IMG/VR virus record: IMGVR_UViG_3300011678_000001
Location: 192,001-256,000 of that record
DNA: 64,000 nucleotides
DNA from: a virus
Lineage: Duplodnaviria > Caudoviricetes
Strand: one strand, 5' to 3'
Of the stretch, positions 47,497 to 57,889 are shown piece after piece; within the stretch, counting starts at the first letter, position 1; each line of letters opens with the position of its first letter. The notes beneath the pieces are model-generated. The model saw only the letters and a list, made by a program, of their open reading frames with translations. It did no database searches and was not told where the DNA came from. The position numbers and the translations under genes are program-made.

Positions 47497-49173
47497 TCAG
47501 TTACTCTGCTCGACAGCCAGACCCGTCACACCCAGTTGAAGCTGAGCGTTCGCGGTTTCGCGAATCCACCTTAGGTAGATGGTCTCGCCAATATTCACGT
47601 CGTTGAGGATCGGGAACTCTTGCTTCCATTGGGAAATGGCAAACATGTATTCACGGGTCTTCGTGTGAATGATGAAGTGCGTCGGCTCAGGAGCCTGGAC
47701 TTCACTGGTGTCATCGAACAGATGGTTGAGGGGATAGTACAGCTTGTTCAGCCAATCGCCCACGTCTACAGCACCGACCTGCAAGTTCAGGTACGACAGG
47801 TTGGTGTTGACGAGGCGGTTCTTAGCTGCAACACCTGCACCGAAGAACTTGGCTTGGGCTGGGTCAACTTTGACCTGCCACTTGTCGCCTGACTCGGTAC
47901 CGGCTTTGTTGAGCGAAATCTCGCTGGCTTGGGTGAAGCGGTGTGCACTGAAGACCGGATCGACGTTGCTGAGCAATAGACCGAACTTCAAACGCTGACG
48001 GGACACGAAGTCCGAACCGTCAAAGGCCACTTCATTGTCTGGGATCTCCACCACACTGCGCGGTACACGGTAGTACACATCGCGGTCGATATTGAACAGC
48101 CAGAAATCCAGATCATAGCGACCCGCTGGAGTGTTCCAGGTCGGGAAGGCGTACAGACGCACACTATAAGCGTTGTCAGCCGCCACAGCCTTGATCGTGA
48201 AGGCTTCGGTGATGTAGCCGTTTTCGGTGATCCCGTGCTCCAACGAATACTCGTCTTCACTCAACCGGTAGGACAGGGTGAGCTTGTGCGGATGTGATTG
48301 GATCGTTGGGGAATACCAACGCAGGCCGTGCAACGCCATCTTGCCTGTACCGTCAAGGACGATCGGCACTTCCATTTCTTCACCGGTGTTATACCGCACC
48401 ACACCGACCATGGACACCGTTCGAACATCGATGTTGATCGGTACAATCAACTGACTTGGATCGGCATCGGACACGTACGGGCTCTTGATGCGGATCGAGC
48501 GGATCTGCTTGCGACCCGCCGCTGTCCGGCGCACCAAGGTGGTGTTTTGGATCAGCATAGACGAATGACTGAGCTTGTGACCAGCAGCGCTGTACAGCAC
48601 CACGGTGACCACTTCCCCGTCGTTGAGCTTGCGGTTGGTGTTACCCGCTTTCGGTGCCCAGATGGCGAAGTTGTTGATGTTGTCAGTGCCGACGTGTTCG
48701 AGCGGGATATTCTCACCGATGAACTCACCGGACGGACTGTAGTACGCACTGAGCACGATACCGTTGTCAGTCAGGTCAGTACCCAAGAACACCTTGTAAT
48801 GATCGGCATCCGACCGGTACAGGTGCAGACGGCCATCGATTTCCATCGAGTACGGCATCTGGCGGGTGTCAATGTTGACGCGCCAGGTTTCGCTCTGCAT
48901 GCCGGTGCTAACACCTAGCAGCTGATCGATCACGACATTGTTCTGCGTCACCGCAGGCAAGGTCCATGGGATGTACTGGCACAGGCCAGTGGTGATGTCG
49001 ATGGTGGTAACCAGGTACCAGCCCGAAGTCAGATCCAGAATCAGATCATTGACGTTGGGGCAGTGCAGACCCGTACCGGCTTTACCGGTAAAGATTTCTG
49101 TCATGTTCCAGATTTTCCACCCGCGGTCCAGATTAACAATACCAATCTGGGGAGTATCAGAAACTGTACTCAT
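47497..49173 (-). CDS. virion structural protein (phiKZ gp26-like)
   Basis: 558 aa, beta-rich, syntenic with the terminase. Confidence 0.7.
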   Translation of the reverse strand: MSTVSDTPQIGIVNLDRGWKIWNMTEIFTGKAGTGLHCPNVNDLILDLTSGWYLVTTIDITTGLCQYIPWTLPAVTQNNVVIDQLLGVSTGMQSETWRVNIDTRQMPYSMEIDGRLHLYRSDADHYKVFLGTDLTDNGIVLSAYYSPSGEFIGENIPLEHVGTDNINNFAIWAPKAGNTNRKLNDGEVVTVVLYSAAGHKLSHSSMLIQNTTLVRRTAAGRKQIRSIRIKSPYVSDADPSQLIVPINIDVRTVSMVGVVRYNTGEEMEVPIVLDGTGKMALHGLRWYSPTIQSHPHKLTLSYRLSEDEYSLEHGITENGYITEAFTIKAVAADNAYSVRLYAFPTWNTPAGRYDLDFWLFNIDRDVYYRVPRSVVEIPDNEVAFDGSDFVSRQRLKFGLLLSNVDPVFSAHRFTQASEISLNKAGTESGDKWQVKVDPAQAKFFGAGVAAKNRLVNTNLSYLNLQVGAVDVGDWLNKLYYPLNHLFDDTSEVQAPEPTHFIIHTKTREYMFAISQWKQEFPILNDVNIGETIYLRWIRETANAQLQLGVTGLAVEQSN

Positions 49174-49216
49174 CTATTCAATCACGGGGGCTGTTACCCC
49201 CGTGCTCCTAAGACAA

Positions 49217-51796
49217 TTAAATGGGCAGGTGATCGATGACGATCGAGTGCGTGATGTCGATCTTGTCATTGAGCATGACGCGAATGACACGGGCGATGAA
49301 GTTGTACTGGTACACGGTCAAGGCGTACGGGGTGTTGCGCTCATGGGCATCAATGGTCACGTAGCGCTCATCGAAGTCCATCATGGTCGGCTCGTAGTCG
49401 AGCAACCACAGGTAAGGCTCACACCATTTCCGCACATCCTGATCGCTGTAGTACTGTTGCAACGGCGTCTGGTCGAAGAACCCATTGATCACATCGTGCA
49501 TGATCTTGCTCACGAAGGGGCTGCACAACGCATGACGCCTTGGGATCAGGCTGACTTCTTGCGCTGGGATCTCACCCAGGCGTTCGGTCATGTAGTCCTC
49601 GATCTGCAGGTCCGTGGCTTCAGCCCGATTACGCATGGAGTACGCATCTTCATACGTCACCCCACGCAAGGGGATCAGCGGCTCAGTGACCTGATAGGGT
49701 GCACCGTTACGCACGTTGGCCAACAGGACCTCAGGACGGTTTTCCGCCCAGTCCATTTCTTCCCGGCAGTACAGACGACCATCGGCAATGACCCGCACGA
49801 CTTTGTCATCACGCAGGTTCCAACGGTTGTTACGGCTGAGCAGCCCGTTCTCAACAAACCCGTACTCGGCTTCCTTCACCCGGCTCATGTCCGGATTACA
49901 GAACCCGGTGGCACGGATCGTGACCGTGTTGTGAGTCCCCGCCTGGTTACGCCATTGCTTGTTGAAGATGCAGACTTCCTTATCGACCATGACCCAGTCC
50001 AGCTTCTCGATCAACGGATGACCGTTCAGCCACACTTCAAGCAACCCACTTGGGATTTCAACCAAGCCGTTATACGCCACGCCATCGATGCGCAGTTCCT
50101 TAACGTTCAGACTGAACCGAAGCAGTTTGTCTGCGTAGTCGAGTTCCAAGTTGTAGGTCAGGAATGTGTCATCGAGCTTGATGGCGGTGTAGTACTCAGC
50201 CGGGTTGACCTTCCACATCACTGTCCCATCGACCAGGTCGTAGTAGGTGTCGTTATCGGTCACATCCATCCAATCACCTGTCGGTTTCCCGGCAAAGATG
50301 GGAGTAACGTAACACCGGAACGTCAGGCCTTCTGCTGGGGTGTGGTTATGAGCGTATACGGTGGAGAGCACGTCCCCGCCACGGCCACAAATGGCTTCGA
50401 CATACCGGCACTCAGCTGAACGAGGCACGTACCATTGCGCGTTCTGATTCAGGTGCCATCCAAGTAACACGCCTTGTGCGCTGTACTCGTAAACGGTACT
50501 CATGGCCCGAAGACCAAACGGTAATTCCACCCACGCCTTACTGCCCGCAACCTTTTGAGGGGTGTCAGCCAGAATGCGCGTGATTGAGTTATACCCGTAA
50601 GCGGCCTCAACCATCTCACGAGTGATGGTGCCTGCTTTAGCTCGCATCAAGGCGGTGTACATGGATTTCTCCAAGGCCTCAATACGCCAGACATCCACCA
50701 CAGCTTCAGACCCCATGATCGCAGCCAGGAAGTCTTTGTCATCATCGAACTTATACAGCTCTTTGATGTGCTGGGCTTCGTCTAACAGGTCCTTGTCCAT
50801 GCCCGAGCGACGCTGAACCAATTGCAGGGTCAGTTGGTTGTTCACTGCCCAGTTTGGATTGAGCGAGCAGAACCGGTCGATGTAGCTGGTCGGAACTGAG
50901 TAGTCTTGGTGAGTGACCATCCGGACGGAGTCTTCCAGGTTCTTGTGGAAGTACACGCCCTTTTGAACGAAGGGGGTGCGCTTGAACATCAGGAAGATGT
51001 CTTGATCATCGCGGTAACGCAACGTCAAGTCACCGGTGCGCGGTGGATGGAGCAGGTACTTCTGCTTGGTGTCCAGTTCAGATAGGAACACCGGCAGGTC
51101 AGCGACCGCAAACTCAACCACCCGTTCAACCGAGCTGTCACGGACCAGTTCGACCCGATCACCCCGCACCACCGTAGCGGTAGTGATGTCATTGACACGC
51201 CAGCCATTGACGTAGCAGAACACGTACCCCGAGCGCGCTTGCATTTGCCGCAACAGGAATGTCAGGGCATTGATCTGCGAGGTATTGGCCGGAAGACTAT
51301 AGTGGTACTCGATGCCTTCGTGAACGTCGTGCTGTTCAATCCGGTTGAAGAACTCGTTGCTGTAGAAACGGAAGTACACATCCTCTTCACCGAACAAACC
51401 AATGCTCGGGATATTCTCAACAGCCACCACAAGGTTGCTGTCTTCGGTCATGAGGAAGTAGACCGATTGCCGTGGAATCATCAAGCCGCGATCGCTATAG
51501 ATGTCGATCAGCATGCTGCTGTTGACCATCTGACTGCTCGCGCTGGTCCAGACGTTCTTTTTCAGTTCAAGGCCCAGGTTCACCTGAGCGATGTTACCGA
51601 ACTGAAACACGTGGTACCGCGTCCCCGGTGCGGGGAGGTTGTACGTGCTCCAAAGGACAGGGATGCTTCCACGAGCCCCGACTTTAGGGCTGATGCGTGC
51701 AGGCCGCAGGATGTGTTGCCGGTCTTGTTCCGGTGCACACCACACATGCTCGTACGCATGGTTGATCAAGAAATCATCGGAGTTCATGAAATCCAC
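49217..51796 (-). CDS. virion structural protein (phiKZ gp27-like)
   Basis: 859 aa with VWCAPEQDRQ N-terminus; synteny. Confidence 0.7.
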   Translation of the reverse strand: MDFMNSDDFLINHAYEHVWCAPEQDRQHILRPARISPKVGARGSIPVLWSTYNLPAPGTRYHVFQFGNIAQVNLGLELKKNVWTSASSQMVNSSMLIDIYSDRGLMIPRQSVYFLMTEDSNLVVAVENIPSIGLFGEEDVYFRFYSNEFFNRIEQHDVHEGIEYHYSLPANTSQINALTFLLRQMQARSGYVFCYVNGWRVNDITTATVVRGDRVELVRDSSVERVVEFAVADLPVFLSELDTKQKYLLHPPRTGDLTLRYRDDQDIFLMFKRTPFVQKGVYFHKNLEDSVRMVTHQDYSVPTSYIDRFCSLNPNWAVNNQLTLQLVQRRSGMDKDLLDEAQHIKELYKFDDDKDFLAAIMGSEAVVDVWRIEALEKSMYTALMRAKAGTITREMVEAAYGYNSITRILADTPQKVAGSKAWVELPFGLRAMSTVYEYSAQGVLLGWHLNQNAQWYVPRSAECRYVEAICGRGGDVLSTVYAHNHTPAEGLTFRCYVTPIFAGKPTGDWMDVTDNDTYYDLVDGTVMWKVNPAEYYTAIKLDDTFLTYNLELDYADKLLRFSLNVKELRIDGVAYNGLVEIPSGLLEVWLNGHPLIEKLDWVMVDKEVCIFNKQWRNQAGTHNTVTIRATGFCNPDMSRVKEAEYGFVENGLLSRNNRWNLRDDKVVRVIADGRLYCREEMDWAENRPEVLLANVRNGAPYQVTEPLIPLRGVTYEDAYSMRNRAEATDLQIEDYMTERLGEIPAQEVSLIPRRHALCSPFVSKIMHDVINGFFDQTPLQQYYSDQDVRKWCEPYLWLLDYEPTMMDFDERYVTIDAHERNTPYALTVYQYNFIARVIRVMLNDKIDITHSIVIDHLPI

Positions 51797-51803
51797 CTAT
51801 TGA

Positions 51804-52742
51804 TTAACGGGTCTTGCCCTTGGCCATGCCCGCCAGCACTTCCATGGAGCGAACGAATTCATCCGCTGCACGGCCAGCACTCAGGCGTTCGACCAGTTTG
51901 CCCAGATGGGTCTTGCGCCACACCTTGGCGTTGCAGGCTGCTTCAACCAGGGCGAGGTAGGCAGGCGGGTATTCCAACGACACAGCTGAAATTTCCTGTG
52001 CACCGTAGCCGAACCACGAACGCCCCAAGGTCATGACCAAGAAGCCCACGTTGATCTGGGACACACGGGTGTTGTGAACGAAATACGCCTGTACCGCTTT
52101 GACGTAATCGTCGAGCAGGGTCATGTACGGCACTTGTCCAACGATGCCTTCAATCAACGGCAACGGGTGGCGAGTCCAGCGCTGAATCAGCTTGACTGCC
52201 TTGGCTTTACCACTTTCAGACATGCAGTCCTGGGCATCATTGAACTGATGGAAGTAGTAGACACCCGTAATGATTTGAAGCTCTCTTGACACTTCAAGGT
52301 CAAGACCGAGTTTGCTGGCGATCGAATGACTCACCCACGAGATGTAAACCTGAGCCGCCAGATCACCGGTGCGCAGGAAATCTTCCCGCAGCGAAGGCTC
52401 TTTGATCCAGAGGGCTGTCAGTTCGCCAATGCGATTGAAGAAATCTGCCTGCATCTGGTTGACGACGACAAAGCCTGCATCCGAACGGTTCTCACGGCGC
52501 ATGAACGATCGTCCGTCCATGAACACCGCACCGTCTTCATTCAGTCGACGGTCTGCGTATTCGCACGAAGTGATCGGCATCACAAACGGCGGGACCTTTT
52601 CGGCCAGAGGTGTGACCAGTAGCACCGACGCTGTGTCGGCGACCAATCCACCCATGGCTTTCGCGATGGCCAACTCGCTGACGATGGCTGCAACCGTTTT
52701 ATGTTGCCGCAACACGGTGGAATTCCAGGGACTGACAATCAT
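51804..52742 (-). CDS. conserved protein (phiKZ gp28-like)
   Basis: 312 aa from MIVSPWNS (GAGG RBS), divergent from the sheath gene. Confidence 0.65.
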   Translation of the reverse strand: MIVSPWNSTVLRQHKTVAAIVSELAIAKAMGGLVADTASVLLVTPLAEKVPPFVMPITSCEYADRRLNEDGAVFMDGRSFMRRENRSDAGFVVVNQMQADFFNRIGELTALWIKEPSLREDFLRTGDLAAQVYISWVSHSIASKLGLDLEVSRELQIITGVYYFHQFNDAQDCMSESGKAKAVKLIQRWTRHPLPLIEGIVGQVPYMTLLDDYVKAVQAYFVHNTRVSQINVGFLVMTLGRSWFGYGAQEISAVSLEYPPAYLALVEAACNAKVWRKTHLGKLVERLSAGRAADEFVRSMEVLAGMAKGKTR

Positions 52743-52908
52743 TTTCTGCAACCTCTTCCTGTGCATCTGGTAAAAAAATACAAAATAGTATGTGGTGGTG
52801 GTATCGAACACATCGAGTACCGAATCCTACGTGTTAAATGTAGGCAAGGGCCATACCATTCGTAACTTCACGCGCGAAGTTGATTCATTTCCCATGGGAG
52901 ACATTATA

Positions 52909-54963
52909 ATGTCGTCTGTATCAATGGCTTCGTCTTTGCCGAGAACGGAAGTTCTTGGTTTTAAAGATGTGAGCGGCCAAGGCCAACCGCTGGAGATCGT
53001 CAACCTGCCGATCTTCCTGCCGTTCTGCCCGCTGTACACGTCTTGGGGTCCGTCGGACACTGCCAACCTGGTCAGTGGCGATGGCTTCAGCACCATTTAT
53101 GGCGCTGATAACTTCTACGCCGGTTCCAAGTTCCTGAGCCACCAGGCTGCCATGCTTGAGAAAGTCATGCAGGTCGGTGCTATGGCGCTTGTGCGTCGTA
53201 TGAAGCCTGCAGGTGCCAAAGTGGCCACCCTGCGCGTCTGGGCTGATGTTGTCGCTGACAAGATCGACCAGTACGAGCGTAACGTCGACGGTAGCTACAA
53301 GCGCACCAACGGCGAACTGGTTCCGACCGGTGAACAGGTTGATGGTTTCCGCGTCCGCTTCAGCGTTGATGAGCCAGGTGATGGCGCCATCCGTCAAGGT
53401 AGCCCGACCACCGGCACCATGACGTCCAGCACTGGCGAGCCGTCGACCATGTACCCACTCATCGACATGGAAGCTCGCTTCTTCGGTGAGAAAGGTTCGA
53501 ACTTCGGTATCCGTCTGGTTGCCCCGAACACCAACTCCAGCACTCCGGCAAACGCCGAGCTGGTAGAAAGTCAGGGTGCGTTCCTGTATCGTCTCTCTAT
53601 TCTGGAGCGTGCGAACAAGAACTCCACTGGCGAAGTGCTGATGAACATGAACGGTGAGCCGTTCGTTGAGTTCAGCCTGAAAACCGGTGTGGTCGATTCG
53701 AAGACCAACATCAACTACTCCTACGACAAGCGCATCCTCAAGGCGTTCGAGGACAACGATCCGGAAGTGTTCACCGGTTACGGCCCTCTGAAGTCGTTCC
53801 ACGTGTACAGCGCTCACCTGAAGACCGTTCTCGATATGCTGCTGAGCACCGAGGCAGACTACGGTCTGATCTCTGCTGACGCCACGCCTGAGCATTCGAT
53901 CAACCTCTTCGGCGCTGCCGACATCAACGGCGTACCGTACTACTCGATCAAGGTCGAAGGTCCGTCTGCTGGTGGTGTGCTCTTCGGTGATTCGGCCACT
54001 CACTGGCTGCTCGGTGGTTCTGACGGTGACGTCAGCCCTGAGGCGTACGACGCTGCCGTACAAGGCGAACTGAACGTATTCGGCGAGGGCGAGATCCCTT
54101 ACGCTGACCGCGCCAGCTTCCCGATGTCCGCGTTCATCGACACCGGCTTCACCCTGGAAACCAAGCGTCTGATGTCCAACATCATGCGCGTGCGTCCAGA
54201 CGCCTGGGTCCTGGCTTCCACGCAGGACGTGCTCGAGCCGCTGAACACGCCGGAAGAAGATTCCAGCATCGGCGCTACGCTGCGTAATGCCCTGGCTCTG
54301 GTTCCTGAGTCTGAGTTCTACAACACCGGCGCTTGCCGTGCAGTCGTCATGAAGCACGCTGGCGAGTACCTCGATTCCCAGTACGACGGCATCCTGCCGT
54401 TCTCCGTGGACTTCGCGGTCAAGGTTGCTGCCTACATGGGTGGCGAGAAGATGCGTACCGGTTATGCGCCGGACAACGGTTACTACCGTGTTGTGGCTCG
54501 CTTCATCAACCACAATGCCAAGTTCCGTCACGTCAAGCCGCGTAACACCGATTGGCAAGCGGGTATCAGCTCGGCTGAACCGTTCGACCATCGTGGTTCG
54601 GTGTTCTTCCCCGGCATCCAAACCGTCTATCACGACAACACGTCGGTCCTCAACTCCTTCTTCCCGATGGCGATCTGCTGCCACCTCAACCGCCTCGGCG
54701 AGTTGGCATGGCGCATGTTCACTGGCGACAGCCGCTTGACTGCTGGCGAGTACGCTGTGAACGTCGACCGCTTCCTGGAAGGTCAGGTGAAGGATCGTTA
54801 CGATGGTCGTGCTGACATCACCCCGCGTTCCTACTACACCGCTGCTGACACTCAGCGCGGCTACAGCTGGCACACGGACATCGAAGGCTTGTTCGACGGC
54901 ATGAAGACGGTCGGTGTATTGACTGTTGTTGCTGGTCGTCGTCCTGGTCAGGAGACTGAATAA
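52909..54963 (+). CDS. contractile tail sheath protein (phiKZ gp29-like)
   Basis: 684 aa from MSSVSM (GGGAG RBS); GFKDVS, WGP, LLGGSDG and DTGF motifs; strong codon bias. Confidence 0.85.
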   Translation: MSSVSMASSLPRTEVLGFKDVSGQGQPLEIVNLPIFLPFCPLYTSWGPSDTANLVSGDGFSTIYGADNFYAGSKFLSHQAAMLEKVMQVGAMALVRRMKPAGAKVATLRVWADVVADKIDQYERNVDGSYKRTNGELVPTGEQVDGFRVRFSVDEPGDGAIRQGSPTTGTMTSSTGEPSTMYPLIDMEARFFGEKGSNFGIRLVAPNTNSSTPANAELVESQGAFLYRLSILERANKNSTGEVLMNMNGEPFVEFSLKTGVVDSKTNINYSYDKRILKAFEDNDPEVFTGYGPLKSFHVYSAHLKTVLDMLLSTEADYGLISADATPEHSINLFGAADINGVPYYSIKVEGPSAGGVLFGDSATHWLLGGSDGDVSPEAYDAAVQGELNVFGEGEIPYADRASFPMSAFIDTGFTLETKRLMSNIMRVRPDAWVLASTQDVLEPLNTPEEDSSIGATLRNALALVPESEFYNTGACRAVVMKHAGEYLDSQYDGILPFSVDFAVKVAAYMGGEKMRTGYAPDNGYYRVVARFINHNAKFRHVKPRNTDWQAGISSAEPFDHRGSVFFPGIQTVYHDNTSVLNSFFPMAICCHLNRLGELAWRMFTGDSRLTAGEYAVNVDRFLEGQVKDRYDGRADITPRSYYTAADTQRGYSWHTDIEGLFDGMKTVGVLTVVAGRRPGQETE

Positions 54964-55829
54964 TGGGCGTCCGTCATCGCGACACTCTCCTGGGCCAAGG
55001 CCTGGGATACGGTGAGTTCAACAACTCGCCGATGGTAAACCTGGCAGTTGGTGGGCAGAACGCCTACCAGTCTGACCTGCGTTACTTCCATGCCAACACC
55101 GACTACGTCCGTCGTAACCTGGTCATCAAGGTGTTGCAGGCTCCTCGTGGGTTCCAGCTGCTGGATAATCCGGACAGCTACTACAAGGCCCTCAAAGGCA
55201 TTGTGGAAATGCACGCACAGACCTGGGACGGCTTCAACCGTACCCTGCAGGTCAACAGTGTCGAGGCTCCGATCTCCGGTGCTGGTGAAGTGCAGCACAC
55301 CCCGAGCAACGTGACGCGCACGCGTTCCGATCCTTCGATGTCCATCCGTGAAAAGTACGGTCGTCCGGTTCAGCGGTTCTTCGAATCCTGGATCACCGAG
55401 CTGATCATGGACCCGGACTCGAAGGTCCCAGGTATCGCCACGCGCGTCAACGCGCCGACCGACCTGCTGCCGGACATGTACTCTATGTCCATCATCGCGT
55501 TCGAGCCGGACCCGACCTTCACCAAGGTCAACGCGGCTTGGCTGATGACCAACATGTACCCCACCACTGCTGGCGACTTCACTGGTCGTCGCGACAAGAC
55601 TGCAGACGGCGAAGAGCTGATGCTGTCGATCCCGTGGACAGGCATGCAGCAAGTGGGTATCGCGGTAGACCGCTTCGCTCAGCAGCTGTTGGACGCCATG
55701 CCGAAGACGGGCACCAGCCCGAACCTGAAGCCTGCGTTCATGACTGCCGTGGAAGAAGACGTCAAGAAGCACAACGTCGGCTTCACTGAGCAGGTTGCGG
55801 AGTTCAACCGTACTTTCATCAAGCTCTAA
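54963..55829 (+). CDS. tail tube protein (phiKZ gp30-like)
   Basis: 288 aa coupled to the sheath gene; EPDPT..AWL.TNMYP motif. Confidence 0.82.
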   Translation: MGVRHRDTLLGQGLGYGEFNNSPMVNLAVGGQNAYQSDLRYFHANTDYVRRNLVIKVLQAPRGFQLLDNPDSYYKALKGIVEMHAQTWDGFNRTLQVNSVEAPISGAGEVQHTPSNVTRTRSDPSMSIREKYGRPVQRFFESWITELIMDPDSKVPGIATRVNAPTDLLPDMYSMSIIAFEPDPTFTKVNAAWLMTNMYPTTAGDFTGRRDKTADGEELMLSIPWTGMQQVGIAVDRFAQQLLDAMPKTGTSPNLKPAFMTAVEEDVKKHNVGFTEQVAEFNRTFIKL

Positions 55830-55856
55830 GCCTGACGAAAGAAAAAAAGAACAGCT

Positions 55857-55889
55857 AGGAGGGAGCCCACTGGGCTCCCTCCTATGCCG
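55857..55889. terminator. bidirectional terminator
   Basis: AGGAGGGAGCCCA-C-TGGGCTCCCTCCT followed by ATGCCG. Confidence 0.8.
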
Positions 55890-55893
55890 TCAG

Positions 55894-57771
55894 TTAGTAT
55901 TTCAGGACAATCGGACGCAATGCATTACCTGGAACCCGGAGGCTCGCCGAATCAGGACTCAGCTTAGTTTCACGTCCAAGTCGACAAGTATCTGCCAGTC
56001 GGACGATAAACATCTCGGCGTAGTCATCATAGTCAGTGATGATGTACGTGCCCTGCATCCCTTCGACTTTCACGAATTGGTTCATCTGCGGAATCCATGA
56101 CTGGCATCCTGCATCTGCTTCTTCATGTTCACGACGTATGTCCTGCGCTGAGGTCATTTCACGCACACCTGCCCCGAAAGGTCGATGGGCGTTACGACCG
56201 CCCTTGAACTTCCGGCCGAGATCAGCAAACCCAAATTGCTTACGCTTCGACTCACCAATAACACGAATGTCCATGGTGACTTCCGCGGGGGCGTGGGTGA
56301 TTTTCTCGGAGGAAACAGCCTTTAGGCAGCGGTTTTTATAGCAGTAGAAGAATGCATGATTCTTATGCACCACTTGCACTGCTACGGTATCGTCATGACT
56401 GGCTTCATGTACCGATACCACCGCACTGTCGAGGATACCCTCATAATGCAGCTCATCGAACAATTCCGACCAGAACCAGCCCTTATCCATGTTTTTCAAA
56501 CGGGTCATGCGGTCGATATCATCGACACCCAGTTCAACCTCGAGCCAACGGTTACCCCGTAGCTCGACCTCGGTGTTGAGGTTTTCCACCTTGCTACCGC
56601 GTGCATCCTGAGGGGGTGTGGGTACAACTTCCTCCTTGTTCTCTTCCTGCCAGATCAGGTCGAACACCGCCAGGTCTTCTTCGATCTTGTCGCGCTCCAT
56701 GGGAAGGAAGCGATTGACATCGAACCAGTAGTAGGTGCTCCCGCTGTGGTCGTTCAGCCGCATATACAGCTGGACCCCAGCTTGCGTGCAACCCAGGGTT
56801 ACCCTTACCATGGCCTTATTGTCACGGGCTATGAGGACGTCCTGAATCGCACTCCAGACCCCACCATTGTACATGGACAGGACCGCATCCAGCTCCTCTT
56901 CGCTATCGCAGAAGAGTTTGACCTTATTGCCGGTGTTCAGCGCCTTCTCGACACTGTAGCGCTTTTCAAACACCTCCTTATCCTTGGCATTTTTAGCACC
57001 CAGCGCATTGCCAACAGTCCCCTTGGAATCAAGCATACGCTTAGCCAGATCAGCGCGTGGTGGTTCAGGGACCTCTTTCTTGAGACTGCGGGTGATGCGA
57101 GCGACCATGTGCCCAGCGCCGTTGACCCGTGGGTCGTCGGTTTCAACAATCGCCTCATCAACCACGGTCAGGAATACAATGGCCTTAGGGTCATCTGATT
57201 CAGGCACCAGCTCGATCCACTTGTGGTTACGGAACCCGACCATGGCACGGAAGAAGGCCACCTCGCCAAAGGTCACCGGCTGATTGTTGCGGTCGCTGTA
57301 GCCTGCTTGTTTATCAAGGGCGTTGATGAAATCCACGATGATCCCAGTTTTAGGGATTTCGCGGATACTTTCGGTTTTGACATGAACTTGCATGTTGACA
57401 TCCTTTTCAGTAGAAGTAGGTTTAATTACTTTGGCACGCGGATCGGTTCGGCGTACTTTCATAATGGTTCTGTAGTTGTAGTTATCTTCAGGTACATAGG
57501 CCTCAAGATAAACCGTGCCATGGGTATCTGCACCATGGGTCAGGAAGATGGCTTCGTCATCCGCGTTCAGTATGACCACGTGGCGCTGCCGACGATAACC
57601 TTCGACCAATCTGAACTCTTCAACCGGACCAAAGCGCTTGGCCTTGGCGTCGACGCCAATGTAGCCCAGTTGCTGACCGATCAGGTTGAGGATCTTACGG
57701 TATTCGCCATGTTTGGGCAGGGCTTCTGGGTTTTCATAGATGTTCATGACGATGGGGAGTTGCGTTTTCAT
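55894..57771 (-). CDS. multi-domain early protein with internal repeats
   Basis: 625 aa, CAGGAG RBS, early promoter motif at 57808-57837. Confidence 0.7.
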   Translation of the reverse strand: MKTQLPIVMNIYENPEALPKHGEYRKILNLIGQQLGYIGVDAKAKRFGPVEEFRLVEGYRRQRHVVILNADDEAIFLTHGADTHGTVYLEAYVPEDNYNYRTIMKVRRTDPRAKVIKPTSTEKDVNMQVHVKTESIREIPKTGIIVDFINALDKQAGYSDRNNQPVTFGEVAFFRAMVGFRNHKWIELVPESDDPKAIVFLTVVDEAIVETDDPRVNGAGHMVARITRSLKKEVPEPPRADLAKRMLDSKGTVGNALGAKNAKDKEVFEKRYSVEKALNTGNKVKLFCDSEEELDAVLSMYNGGVWSAIQDVLIARDNKAMVRVTLGCTQAGVQLYMRLNDHSGSTYYWFDVNRFLPMERDKIEEDLAVFDLIWQEENKEEVVPTPPQDARGSKVENLNTEVELRGNRWLEVELGVDDIDRMTRLKNMDKGWFWSELFDELHYEGILDSAVVSVHEASHDDTVAVQVVHKNHAFFYCYKNRCLKAVSSEKITHAPAEVTMDIRVIGESKRKQFGFADLGRKFKGGRNAHRPFGAGVREMTSAQDIRREHEEADAGCQSWIPQMNQFVKVEGMQGTYIITDYDDYAEMFIVRLADTCRLGRETKLSPDSASLRVPGNALRPIVLKY

Positions 57772-57889
57772 GTTGTCACTCCTGATGGTGATAGGTTATT
57801 CAGATGTATCATGTATGGTTGAAATAAAGTCGAGTCGGACAAAAAAGAAATAAGGACAGGAGCCCGAAGGCTCCTGTCTATGCCGCCTG

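Noticed and set aside
52921-54873. 650-aa minus-strand ORF opposite the tail sheath
   Set aside because: Antisense shadow
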